From positions 1 to 64,000 of the forward strand of contig JBDRJK010000011.1 in the NCBI GenBank assembly GCA_043814985.1: a DNA stretch of 64,000 nucleotides, written 5' to 3'. Shown piece after piece: positions 40,694-50,481 of this stretch (its first letter is position 1; each line of letters begins with the position of its first letter). The notes under the pieces were generated by a model. That model had not been told where the DNA came from. It saw only the letters and a list, made by a program, of their open reading frames with translations, and made no database searches. The DNA comes from Candidatus Aenigmatarchaeota archaeon. Its GTDB lineage: Archaea > Aenigmatarchaeota > Aenigmatarchaeia > Aenigmatarchaeales > Aenigmatarchaeaceae. Both the position numbers and the translations under genes were made by a program.

Positions 40694-40828
40694 TTATTGA
40701 CTGAACAGTCCGAGTCTTCTTACTGCATCTCTGACAGCCTCGGACCTGTTAGGGTAAATGCCCTGTTCAATTAATTGATCAATCTTCTCTATCAATTCTC
40801 TTGTCAGCCTGATTTGTATTGGGTGCAT
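40694..40828 (-). CDS. ribbon-helix-helix regulator (CopG/CdrS-like), absent from the ORF track
   Basis: manual translation MHPIQIRLTRELIEKIDQLIEQGIYPNRSEAVRDAVRRLGLFSQ. Confidence 0.85.
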   Translation of the reverse strand: MHPIQIRLTRELIEKIDQLIEQGIYPNRSEAVRDAVRRLGLFSQ

Positions 40829-41038
40829 TTAATCACTTTAGAAAACTTGGACAGAAAAGGATTTAAGCTTGAATTTTTTTTGTGCTTCTATAAGTTTTCT
40901 TATAAAAGTGCGTAATTTGTAGGACAAGTGTTAGACAAACGTAGTTGATGCGTAATGCTGGAAAAGCAATAAATAGTTTCAGTTACCATTAATCTTTGTG
41001 TGTTTTACACAAAAAAATATTCTATGTGAGGTGAGTAA

Positions 41039-42115
41039 ATGAGTTTAGTTAGTAAAAGATTGAAAGGTAGTTCCGGCGCTGTCAAGGGCGCAATTGTTCT
41101 ACTCACACTCGCGTTCATAGTTGCTAGCGTGAGCTATGTAATACCTGCTTTGGCTGTTCATAGTTCATCTGCTGTAATCAGTCCAGAATGGGTTATACCA
41201 AGTTCTGAATACACATTCACCATAAATGTAACACATACTTATGTTGGCGGTGACGCCATAAGGGAAGTTAGAATATACAATAATACGCCAGGACATGAGG
41301 GTTTTGTTTGCGGTGTTGCTCCTTCTGGATGGTGGCTTATTGACCAAACAGGAACTTCTAATTACTGCCAATACCAAACAAACACCAATTGGCTTTATTA
41401 TGATGATTTTGAAGACTTTACTTTCAAGGCAACAATGATTCAGGCCGAATGTACTTTGGTCACATGTTCTCATCTTTTTAGAACATCAACAATAGATATC
41501 AAGGAACCACAAGGAGAGTTGTTCTATAATCTACCTGAAGTAAAGGTTGATTGTTTTGATCCTATAACAACAAAAACATATGGGGATCCTAAAAAACTTT
41601 TAGATGAACATTGGATTAATTCTTCAACGCCAATAACACTCACAGCAACAGATAATAAGGACTGTGATTCTGGTGTTGATTACATAAAGTATAGGTACTG
41701 TCTTGATTCCGGCTGTTATGAAGGCGAACCATGTGACTGTAGGGATGATCCTTGGACTACAGTAGATGACTATACAGATACATTCACAATTCCAGAAGAT
41801 TCTGAACACTGTATAGAATTTTATGCTGTAGACAATGTAGGTAATGATGAAAAGATAAAATCGCAGTGTGTTTTTGTTGACAATCAACCGCCTTATTCTG
41901 TTAAGGAAGTTGGTGATCCAAAGCTCCCACAGGATATAGAGGAAGAAGGTAGCGGAGATGCAGGATGGTCGACAGAAGGAGAATATAATTCACCGACCCA
42001 TTCAGCAAAGCTTTATGTTGCAAACGGAGGAAATGACTGGGCTGGAGTTGATATAGAAGTTGATAAAGCTTTAAAAGATATTACTGAATTATCATTTTGG
42101 GAGAAAGTAGCATGA
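41039..42115 (+). CDS. large secreted Ig-like repeat surface protein, N-terminal part
   Basis: signal peptide, IEFYAVDNVGN repeat; ends mid-domain. Confidence 0.8.
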   Translation: MSLVSKRLKGSSGAVKGAIVLLTLAFIVASVSYVIPALAVHSSSAVISPEWVIPSSEYTFTINVTHTYVGGDAIREVRIYNNTPGHEGFVCGVAPSGWWLIDQTGTSNYCQYQTNTNWLYYDDFEDFTFKATMIQAECTLVTCSHLFRTSTIDIKEPQGELFYNLPEVKVDCFDPITTKTYGDPKKLLDEHWINSSTPITLTATDNKDCDSGVDYIKYRYCLDSGCYEGEPCDCRDDPWTTVDDYTDTFTIPEDSEHCIEFYAVDNVGNDEKIKSQCVFVDNQPPYSVKEVGDPKLPQDIEEEGSGDAGWSTEGEYNSPTHSAKLYVANGGNDWAGVDIEVDKALKDITELSFWEKVA

Positions 42116-42131
42116 TGACACATTCGTAGAA

Positions 42132-45100
42132 ATGGATGGGGCATTGGGACCGCTAGGCAGTACATTTGACTGGACAAAGATAGATGCTCTTGCTACACCA
42201 AGATGGTGGACACCTAATGCTGGTGGAGATGGTTTATCTGGAGCTGGATATGGTTATACTGTACCACCTGCTCTCTATGATACATTCACCAATCTTTTGA
42301 CTAAAATTGATGACGGAACTTGGGATACGAATATTCCTGACACCAATGTGAAAGTAAAACTAATAAAACTAGTTATAGGTGGCTCAGGAAGTTGGATGAA
42401 TGAAACAGCATTTGTAGATGATTTAAGTTTGAATAATGTCATCATAATGTCTGAACCACCAGAATATTGGGTAACTCAAAATACATCAATAACATTGGAT
42501 TGTGTAGATCCAGAGCCTCATCCAGTTGATCAAGAAACTTTGTGCTATAGAGTATCTTTACACGATGATGGATTGGAGTATATAACAAACAATCCAGGTA
42601 AATATTGTGACACCTTCGGAGGAACAAAAGACGAAGATTGGTGTTGTGTAAATGTTGGTGTCAACCCACTACCAATTCATTTCTTAGAAGATTCACACCA
42701 TAACCTGGAATACTTCTGTGAAGACTATCTTGGCAATACAGAAAGTCCATTTAATATACAGTGGTATTATGTTGATACTGTACCGCCAGCAACGACCAAA
42801 ACATATGAGCCTGGTGTGTATGTAGACGGAAATACAGAGTATGCAGACACTGTTCATAGAGTAATATTGGAATCAGATGACGTAGGCGATATTTGTGTAA
42901 TTGGTTTGGATGAAATATATTATAGGGTCAGAGTTTTGAAGAACCCGAACAACTGGCATTACTGTTATGACGGTTGTGACGGATGGAACGGAATACCAGA
43001 CCATTTGGAAGCTTTCCAAGCAACCCCATGGTTAACCTATGATGTGCCATTCGGTTTGCCAGAGGAATCTTGTAACGTTATTGAATATTATGCTGTAGAC
43101 AGTTTAGGAAACGAAGAAACAGTTAAAAGACAGTGTGTATTCTATGATGCAACAGACCCAGTGACTGAAAAGAGTTATGGAGAGCCATTCTTCAGTCCTG
43201 ATGGAAATGTTACAAAGTGGATAAACACAAGTACTGAAATAACCCTTGCTGCAACAGACCCCGAACCACATCCTTCTGGTGTTAAGGAAACAAATTATAG
43301 AGTAACATTACTAGGAAGCAATGAGGCATGTGAAAGTAATAGTAGATGCCAAGAAATAAAAATAGATGGGGGTGGTTGGACACCATATACGGTCCCATTT
43401 ACAATTGGAGAAGAATCATGCCATTTGATTGAATATTATAGCGTTGATAATGTCGATAAAGATGAGGACATAAATAGGCAGTGTGTATTTGTTGAAGACA
43501 CAGCACCAACTATTTTGGAAAAGACAGTCGGTCAGCCAAGTTTTGAGAGAGAAGGAAAGACTTACATATCAGGCCAGAGTCCAATAACCATGAGATGTGA
43601 GGATCGGGGAGACCACCCAGTAGATTATGTCTCAATGTGGTACAGATACAGGGTGAGTGATGACTGTGCAACGTGGGGACCTTGGATTACAGACGGTTGC
43701 CAGGATCAAGTTGTGAACGGATGGTGTGATCCAACAGGACAAGGTGTAGTTGAAAAGACAATATACTTCCCACAAGACTCCTGCCATGAATTAGAATACT
43801 ATTGTGTGGACGCACTAGGCAACGAGGCACAGCATGAATTCGAGATTGATGTTGTTGACAATCAGGCACCTGAAATAGAAAAAATAATAGTCGGTCCGCA
43901 ATGGGGAGACTGTCCACCTGGAGAAGGTGATACATGCTTTGTTGACAGTGCAACCGAGATAATTGTTAATGCAAGCGATCCAGAGCCACATCCAGCAGGT
44001 GAAGTGCTTTGTGATTGGAATGTTGTTGTAAAGAATGTTGCAGGAGCAGAGATTGACAGTTATGGAGATAGTGGAATTACTCCACCATTCCCAATAACCT
44101 TCCCAGAAGAATCGTTCCACGAATTAACAATAGATTGTTATGATAGACTTGGAAATAATGCATACGATTTTGAAGTTTTCGAAGCTGATCATACATCACC
44201 TTTAATTTTGAAGAGTTACAATCCAGAAGAAATATATCGCGAAGGCAATGGATGGTGGGCAGAGTGGATAGACTCAGATACAGAAATAAACATTGAAGTA
44301 ACTGACGATGGAGATCATAAATCAGGAATTAAAGAAGTCAAGTATCGTTATACAAGACAAGACAATGATGAATATTGTAACTACACTGTTGAAGACCAAT
44401 ATGAGTGTGAAGATGCAGTCGGAACTGGTGTTTGGACATATGTTGACCCAGCAGATTTTGATGACTTTACTTTCCAAATACCACAAGACTCATGTCACTT
44501 AATTGAAATAGTAGCAACAGACAATGTAGATAAAGAAAATTATCATAAACAGTGTGTATACGTTGACAATCAAGGACCAGACCCATTGAAAGAAGTATAT
44601 GATCCAAAAGCAATGTGGACTCCAGGTATAGACGGAGATCAACCAAGTTACTTCTATCCTGAAGAAACTGCACATTGTTGGGATGGAACAGAGTTTTCAA
44701 TAGACTGCTGGAAAGTTACAATGATGACAAGAATATCTCTTGACTGCGAAGACAAGCAGCCACACCCAGTTGATCATGAAGGCGTTTGCTTCAAAGTTGG
44801 TTTGGATGGAGAAGACGCAACTGAAGAATACTGTAACAGCAATGAAGAAGTATCCTGTGTCTTAGATTGCACTGATAACGAAAATGACATCAAGGGAGAA
44901 ATGATTGATGGTTGGTGTTGTGTCGATGGTACAATAGAAAACTTTTATTTCCAAGAAGAAACAGAGCACAACCTAAAGTATTATTGTACTGATGCTTTAG
45001 GAAATGTAGGACCAGAAGACGAAGAGAAGTTCAAGGTTGAAGGAACAACATTTGAAATACCATTGTACAAGAAGTGGAACTTGATATCAGTGCCATTTGT

Positions 45101-45764
45101 ATTATTGGACGACGACCCAGAAGTGGTATTCAATAATGTAAAAGAAAACATAATATCAGTCTGGGCATATGACGGAGACAAGGTATTATGTGGTCAAGAG
45201 TGGTGCGTATGGACACCAGGAGATGGTCCAGATAATCTAAGAATAATACCAGGTTGGGGTTATTGGGTATTGACAAACCTGACAGAAGAACCAGTAGAGG
45301 TATTGATTGGAGGAAGCTTGTTCAGTCCAAGAACAACGCCACCAAGCAGGGATTTGGTTTCAGGATGGAACCTGATTGGTTACTATGGAACAAGTTGGGA
45401 ACTGTATGAATGTGGAGACTTTGAGCCAACATGCAGACCAGGAATCAATTGGTTCCCAGGCAAGTACATATACGGAGACCAAGTATACTGCGCCTTGAAC
45501 TCGCTGGTAGACACACAAGAAGGATATCCAAGATGGAGTTCATTGTGGAGTTACATAAGCTGTGGAAGTCACACTGCATATTGGTTAGGATTGAACACAT
45601 GTGCAGACCCAGATAGTCCACTACAATCAAACCTTGACAGAATGTATGCAGGTCGTGGATACTGGTTAGAGTTGGATGTAGCAGACATGTATGCACCAGC
45701 AACAACTTGTCTATGGAACAGTGACTATGAATGCAGATGGTCAGGCGGCGGAATAATACCTTAG
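42132..45764 (+). CDS. large secreted Ig-like repeat surface protein, C-terminal part
   Basis: seven more EYY.VD..GN-type repeats, DPEPHP motifs, WNLIS/GYW terminal domain; no signal peptide. Confidence 0.8.
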   Translation: MDGALGPLGSTFDWTKIDALATPRWWTPNAGGDGLSGAGYGYTVPPALYDTFTNLLTKIDDGTWDTNIPDTNVKVKLIKLVIGGSGSWMNETAFVDDLSLNNVIIMSEPPEYWVTQNTSITLDCVDPEPHPVDQETLCYRVSLHDDGLEYITNNPGKYCDTFGGTKDEDWCCVNVGVNPLPIHFLEDSHHNLEYFCEDYLGNTESPFNIQWYYVDTVPPATTKTYEPGVYVDGNTEYADTVHRVILESDDVGDICVIGLDEIYYRVRVLKNPNNWHYCYDGCDGWNGIPDHLEAFQATPWLTYDVPFGLPEESCNVIEYYAVDSLGNEETVKRQCVFYDATDPVTEKSYGEPFFSPDGNVTKWINTSTEITLAATDPEPHPSGVKETNYRVTLLGSNEACESNSRCQEIKIDGGGWTPYTVPFTIGEESCHLIEYYSVDNVDKDEDINRQCVFVEDTAPTILEKTVGQPSFEREGKTYISGQSPITMRCEDRGDHPVDYVSMWYRYRVSDDCATWGPWITDGCQDQVVNGWCDPTGQGVVEKTIYFPQDSCHELEYYCVDALGNEAQHEFEIDVVDNQAPEIEKIIVGPQWGDCPPGEGDTCFVDSATEIIVNASDPEPHPAGEVLCDWNVVVKNVAGAEIDSYGDSGITPPFPITFPEESFHELTIDCYDRLGNNAYDFEVFEADHTSPLILKSYNPEEIYREGNGWWAEWIDSDTEINIEVTDDGDHKSGIKEVKYRYTRQDNDEYCNYTVEDQYECEDAVGTGVWTYVDPADFDDFTFQIPQDSCHLIEIVATDNVDKENYHKQCVYVDNQGPDPLKEVYDPKAMWTPGIDGDQPSYFYPEETAHCWDGTEFSIDCWKVTMMTRISLDCEDKQPHPVDHEGVCFKVGLDGEDATEEYCNSNEEVSCVLDCTDNENDIKGEMIDGWCCVDGTIENFYFQEETEHNLKYYCTDALGNVGPEDEEKFKVEGTTFEIPLYKKWNLISVPFVLLDDDPEVVFNNVKENIISVWAYDGDKVLCGQEWCVWTPGDGPDNLRIIPGWGYWVLTNLTEEPVEVLIGGSLFSPRTTPPSRDLVSGWNLIGYYGTSWELYECGDFEPTCRPGINWFPGKYIYGDQVYCALNSLVDTQEGYPRWSSLWSYISCGSHTAYWLGLNTCADPDSPLQSNLDRMYAGRGYWLELDVADMYAPATTCLWNSDYECRWSGGGIIP

Positions 45765-45775
45765 TAAAAACGCTG

Positions 45776-45797
45776 CCCTTTCCTTTATTTTTATTTG
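45776..45797 (+). terminator. oligo-T terminator
   Basis: CCCTTTCCTTTATTTTTATTT after the stop; similar tract near 50380-50400. Confidence 0.5.
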
Positions 45798-45813
45798 ATC
45801 AAAGGTGAGAATC

Positions 45814-45915
45814 TTGAACAGAAAAGTTATGTATATGGCAATTACGCTTGCATATGGAATGGGGGCTTTAATTGCGCCGAAAATAATAGTTAAGCTTTTA
45901 TCCTTTTCGGCTTAA
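45814..45915 (+). CDS. possible small hydrophobic peptide or signal-peptide relic (MNRKVMYMAITLAYGMGALIAPKIIVKLLSFSA)
   Basis: GGTGA RBS plus TTG; start resembles the next gene's MNQKLM. Confidence 0.35.
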   Translation: MNRKVMYMAITLAYGMGALIAPKIIVKLLSFSA

Positions 45916-45935
45916 CTATAAGCAGGTAATAAAAA

Positions 45936-46691
45936 ATGAACCAAAAATTGATGTTGACTACATTTGTTGGTATTATGTTACTTTCTAATTTAGTTTTGGC
46001 AGTGCCAATCGCCCATCAATTTTATGGCAATGTCAGTATTAACGGAAGTCCAGCTCCGGATGGAACAACTGTTGTTGCTAAAATAGACGGAACAGAGGTT
46101 GGAAGCACAACAACTAAAGGTGGAAAGTATGGTTATGACCCAGTATTCATAATATCACTTTCTTCTATACAATCTGGAAGAACAATTAATTTTTTTGTTA
46201 ATGGAAATCAAGCAAATGAAAACTTTCAATCTTGTTATGATTTTGCTTGTAGCACAGAATTAGATTTAACAGCTACAGGTGAAACAACTTCTGGCACTAC
46301 AACAACTACTACAGGCGGCGGAGCTCCTAGCGGTGGCGGTTCCACACCATCAACAGAAACCACAACTGAAACAACCGAAACTACAGAAGAGGGTTGCCAG
46401 GAGAGATGGACTTGTTCAGACTGGGGAGCATGTGAGAACGGCATCCAGACAAGAGTTTGTGAAGACATAAACAACTGCGGAACAAACAGTGGAGAACCGT
46501 TCTCATCTCAGCCATGTGCAACTGTTGGAGAGGAAGCAGAAGCATCAGTTGGACCATCAGGATTCTTCCTACTAACGCCGACCAACCTGTTGATAGGGTC
46601 AGTTGTTTTAATAATAGTCGCGGCAATCACAATCTTTCTATTAAGAAGAAAATCCGAAAACATCGTACTGCCGCCCAAAGCGCTTCTTTAA
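45936..46691 (+). CDS. membrane-anchored surface protein with Thr-rich linker and WxCxxWxxC module
   Basis: signal peptide, FYG.V.ING..APDGT domain, WTCSDWGAC...QTRVC.D.N.CG, C-terminal TM. Confidence 0.85.
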   Translation: MNQKLMLTTFVGIMLLSNLVLAVPIAHQFYGNVSINGSPAPDGTTVVAKIDGTEVGSTTTKGGKYGYDPVFIISLSSIQSGRTINFFVNGNQANENFQSCYDFACSTELDLTATGETTSGTTTTTTGGGAPSGGGSTPSTETTTETTETTEEGCQERWTCSDWGACENGIQTRVCEDINNCGTNSGEPFSSQPCATVGEEAEASVGPSGFFLLTPTNLLIGSVVLIIVAAITIFLLRRKSENIVLPPKALL

Positions 46692-46758
46692 AATTTATTC
46701 TGTAGTGCTTGCGTAATGTCAGATAGGCATAAAACTTTTTCCTACTAATTAAAAGTGA

Positions 46759-47511
46759 ATGTCCAAGAAAAATAAGTTTCTCTTTATAATAGTATTGTCG
46801 ATAGTTTTGTCGTCTTCGTTAGCCTATGCTATGATAAATTTCCCAGACTTCAAGATCTTCCCGACAATATACGATGAGATAATGCCGAATGAATTGCTTG
46901 AGGAGCTGAAGATTATTGACAGGCTGTCTTTCGTCAAGCTGGCCCAGCACGGCTACAGCCACGGCACAAATGAAAGCCGCCTTGATGTTTTGAAAGGCTA
47001 CAAGATTCTGGAATACGATTACGGCTTGGACATAGAATACTATATCCCGCCTTATGATATTCCCCATGCATTCCCCGTGCCCGAAAAAATTTTCTACATA
47101 CCGGAAAAGGCCGAGGGCATATACTATGAAAAGGAGAAGATGGACTACGGCCAGTCTTCAGTTGATGATAAATGGACAATGGCCATCCATATTCAGAACG
47201 AGATAAACACTACTTGGCTGGACGAGATATCAGAGGGAAAGGAGATTGATTACTTCCGTATTGATGACATCAACACGGACATAGTTGATGTAGATACCCA
47301 AAAAAACAGGATATACACCATGATCAACTTCTGCGGCTATAAGAACTGCACCCTTGTTCTGGGTATCATTCCTGTTGTTCCTAGGATGCAGGAGTCGGAC
47401 AAAAGCTACCTTTTCTTCAACAAGGCAATGATAGCCTTGGGCATAATGATGATACTCCCCATATACCTTTTCTACTTTTTGAGTTACCAGTTCCATTGGT
47501 GGTTAAAATGA
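46759..47511 (+). CDS. polysaccharide deacetylase-like (DUF2334-like) membrane protein
   Basis: QHGYSH, IPPY, FRIDDI, LGIIP; TM at both ends; coupled to GT2. Confidence 0.6.
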   Translation: MSKKNKFLFIIVLSIVLSSSLAYAMINFPDFKIFPTIYDEIMPNELLEELKIIDRLSFVKLAQHGYSHGTNESRLDVLKGYKILEYDYGLDIEYYIPPYDIPHAFPVPEKIFYIPEKAEGIYYEKEKMDYGQSSVDDKWTMAIHIQNEINTTWLDEISEGKEIDYFRIDDINTDIVDVDTQKNRIYTMINFCGYKNCTLVLGIIPVVPRMQESDKSYLFFNKAMIALGIMMILPIYLFYFLSYQFHWWLK

Positions 47512-48554
47512 ATAATGTATCAAGCATCATAATACCGGTCTATAATGAAGAGAAGATTATCATGAATATGCTCAAAAAGAATGTCAAGGTTTTTGAAAAC
47601 AGCAATATGGACATCAAGGAGATAATCGTGGTTGATGACGGTTCCATTGACAACTCAAAGAAGGAGATTAAGAGATTCATAAGGGATTACAAAGGCAATA
47701 TTGACATCAGGCTGATTCCCCACACAACAAACATGGGAAAGGCCCAGGCTCTTAACACGGGGATAAGGCACGCCAATGGGGAATACGTTCTCTTGTCTGA
47801 TTCGGACTCTTTCATGGATGTTGAGGCGCCTGAAAAGATTATTCTGAAGATGAGAGAGACAGGGGCTTCATGTATTGTAGGACATGTTGTGCCTGCTCAG
47901 AACACCCTTCTGACGCGCCTGCAGAGGATGGAGTATGACTTTGACCAAAAGGTAATAAGAAGGGTGCAGTCCCTGTACACCAACGTGATATCAATTCCAG
48001 GACCGCTGTATTTCACCAAAAAGAGCATTGTTGAAAAGATAAAATTCGACAAGTACAGCATTGTCGAGGATTTCAAGATCGGGATTGAGATGAACAAGAA
48101 GAGGCAAAGGATAGTCCCGACTGATGCCGTGGTATACTCTTATGCCCCTACCAACTTTTCGCAGCTCAGGAAGCAGAGGCTCAGATGGTTCGGGGGAGTA
48201 TTGAAGGAGACCCTGAGAAACAAGGATGTCTGGAAGACCAACCCGTTCTATTTTTCCAACGTGCTGATGTGCTTCACGTCGTTCTTCTTCACCATATCAA
48301 CCGTAACTTTGTTTGGCCTGATGCTTTACTTCGCTACAAACCTGCCCAACCTGCTGGTAAACTTCGTGCTGTTCTTCCTTTTCTTCTGCTTTACAATTTC
48401 AGCTGTTTATGCCCTGTCTATAAGAAGGTTCGAGTTGGACACTTTCCTGGCATTCCCGCTCTATCTGACCTTCTTGTTCATAGTCAGGACAGAGGTTGTC
48501 ATAAAAGTTGTTTTGAACAGGAAGTTCGTTTGGGGGACAAGGGAATACCGTTAA
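47508..48554 (+). CDS. family 2 processive glycosyltransferase
   Basis: IIPVYNEE, DDGS, GKAQALN, DSD, VED, QRLRW, C-terminal TMs. Confidence 0.92.
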   Translation: MNNVSSIIIPVYNEEKIIMNMLKKNVKVFENSNMDIKEIIVVDDGSIDNSKKEIKRFIRDYKGNIDIRLIPHTTNMGKAQALNTGIRHANGEYVLLSDSDSFMDVEAPEKIILKMRETGASCIVGHVVPAQNTLLTRLQRMEYDFDQKVIRRVQSLYTNVISIPGPLYFTKKSIVEKIKFDKYSIVEDFKIGIEMNKKRQRIVPTDAVVYSYAPTNFSQLRKQRLRWFGGVLKETLRNKDVWKTNPFYFSNVLMCFTSFFFTISTVTLFGLMLYFATNLPNLLVNFVLFFLFFCFTISAVYALSIRRFELDTFLAFPLYLTFLFIVRTEVVIKVVLNRKFVWGTREYR

Positions 48555-48874
48555 TCAGTAGTGTTTCCCTTTAGGAGAATTTCAATTATCTGCGGCAAAG
48601 AATTGTTTATTGTATTGACAATATTCTCCAGTATCCTGTTGAACAAATAGCCCAATGCACTGTTCGCCCTTTCTGCCAGAACATTAGTGATGTTAGTACC
48701 TTCAAACAAATCCAAGATATCAGAGACCCTGGTCTGGTTGAACACGGTTATGTTGGGAAGCCCCCTGATGGTGATGTTGGGGATCCTTATGGTTATGTTG
48801 GGAATAGTTATACCTTGGGCCATCACAACAGGAGAAAGTAGCAGGAACACCGCAAAAACCAGAAAGGCTTTCAT
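48551..48874 (-). CDS. small secreted protein with PNIT repeats
   Basis: signal peptide, three PNIT units, several N-x-S/T sequons. Confidence 0.7.
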   Translation of the reverse strand: MKAFLVFAVFLLLSPVVMAQGITIPNITIRIPNITIRGLPNITVFNQTRVSDILDLFEGTNITNVLAERANSALGYLFNRILENIVNTINNSLPQIIEILLKGNTTD

Positions 48875-48981
48875 GAAGAATAGATTAAATTTTCAACTTA
48901 AATATTTATCAAGTTTTAATACTGCTTTATTTCCTACGGGTCAGTGATTAAGTATTTAAAACTTACTGTTTAATTGCTCTT

Positions 48982-49407
48982 ATGAATAAGATATCCTTGA
49001 GAATTATTGAGCCTGTTGACAAGAACAATGATCTTGGAATAATGGCAAGGCTCATACCCGAAGTAAGGATAATATGCTCGAACCAGATAAGGGCGGGCAT
49101 TCTTCATTTAATGGTCAACTCTCCGGAGACAATGCACTCCATGAGCGTTGAGAACATGTGTTTTAAACTGGGGATAAGACAGTCTGTTGCCATCCATCAC
49201 TTGGAAAGGATGATTGAGTGGAGGCTGATCGAGGTCAAGAAGAACCAGAGGTACGGCAACAAGACCAGAAGGAGCATATGGGGTCTGAACCTTAAGCATC
49301 CCAACTGGATAACAGAATGCTACAAGAGCGTAAGGTCACACTTTTTCTCAGAAAAAGAGCTTGACAAGATAACAAACATAAACAAAAGCCTTAGAATTTA
49401 CAGCTAA
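48982..49407 (+). CDS. ArsR-like winged-helix regulator
   Basis: NQIRAGILHL...LGIRQSVAIHHLERM. Confidence 0.75.
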   Translation: MNKISLRIIEPVDKNNDLGIMARLIPEVRIICSNQIRAGILHLMVNSPETMHSMSVENMCFKLGIRQSVAIHHLERMIEWRLIEVKKNQRYGNKTRRSIWGLNLKHPNWITECYKSVRSHFFSEKELDKITNINKSLRIYS

Positions 49408-49679
49408 TGTCGTATTCTTGTACAAGGAAAATCCGATTAAGTATTTAAACTTTTAATGTTCTGTATCACTCCTGTAATAATCCTGTACAGTTTCTGTGCG
49501 TAATTTGTCTCAGAGGGGATTAAATAATTCTTAATTTTATTCTGTTTATGATTAAATTTCTAGAAAGTCTAGAGATGAGTCTAGCGCCGAGGAGGGGCGC
49601 TATATCAAGCTGAGGTTCACCGCGAGGCTTAGGTTTTCCTAGGGAGACAAAATACCCAAAATATTATGGTGAAATTAAT

Positions 49680-50351
49680 ATGAATAACAAAATAATCGCA
49701 GCAATTCTTGGTCTTTTGATGGTAGCATCACCAGCACTAGCATGGAATGTTAACATAGATGCAACTGTTAATAATGCAGTAGCAGGTATATTTGGTGCAG
49801 GTGCAGGTAGTGATACTGGTTTCAGTTATGCAGTTTCTTCAACTGGTGGAATAAGTGGAAGCGGTAACATTGATTTACACGGTGGAGGCAGCAATAACGG
49901 TGGAGGAATGGGATTAGAAATAGGCGGATCAGGAGCAGAAGGAAACATATTCGCTACACACGACTTAACAGTAATCGGATGCTGTGCAGGACAATGTCCA
50001 TGCCCAACAGGTTATGTATATGATGCATCTTCAGCTGTAGAAATAACAGGTGGAGATAACGTAGAACTAGAATTAAAAGGCGGAGCAGGTGAAGAAGGAG
50101 CAGGACAAAAGCTCAAAGTCGGTGGACATGACAACTCAATAGATGCCGGGACAGTTCAAGTAGAAATGGCTTCAAGCCTAACAGTTGACGGAGAAACATC
50201 AAGTCATGTAATGGGCGCATACGGAGAAAACGTATGGTTCAAAGCATTTGGAAAGCAAAAACTTGATGCAGTAGACTGTGCTGTAAACGGATTCTTTGTA
50301 TCTGTAATGGGTTTCAGAGAAGCTGTTTGCGATGGCGATAACTGCGATTAA
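49680..50351 (+). CDS. secreted glycine-rich beta-strand protein
   Basis: signal peptide, Gly-rich, Cys cluster; GGTGA RBS. Confidence 0.8.
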   Translation: MNNKIIAAILGLLMVASPALAWNVNIDATVNNAVAGIFGAGAGSDTGFSYAVSSTGGISGSGNIDLHGGGSNNGGGMGLEIGGSGAEGNIFATHDLTVIGCCAGQCPCPTGYVYDASSAVEITGGDNVELELKGGAGEEGAGQKLKVGGHDNSIDAGTVQVEMASSLTVDGETSSHVMGAYGENVWFKAFGKQKLDAVDCAVNGFFVSVMGFREAVCDGDNCD

Positions 50352-50481
50352 TTAAGAACATAATCAAAAAAATCGACTCCCCTTTTTCCTTTTATTTTTT
50401 AAGGAATTAAAAATCGAAAGTTTGACTTGATACCTAATGGGTATTTAAAGTTAACTTTTTATTATTATAAAGTGGTAAAAA

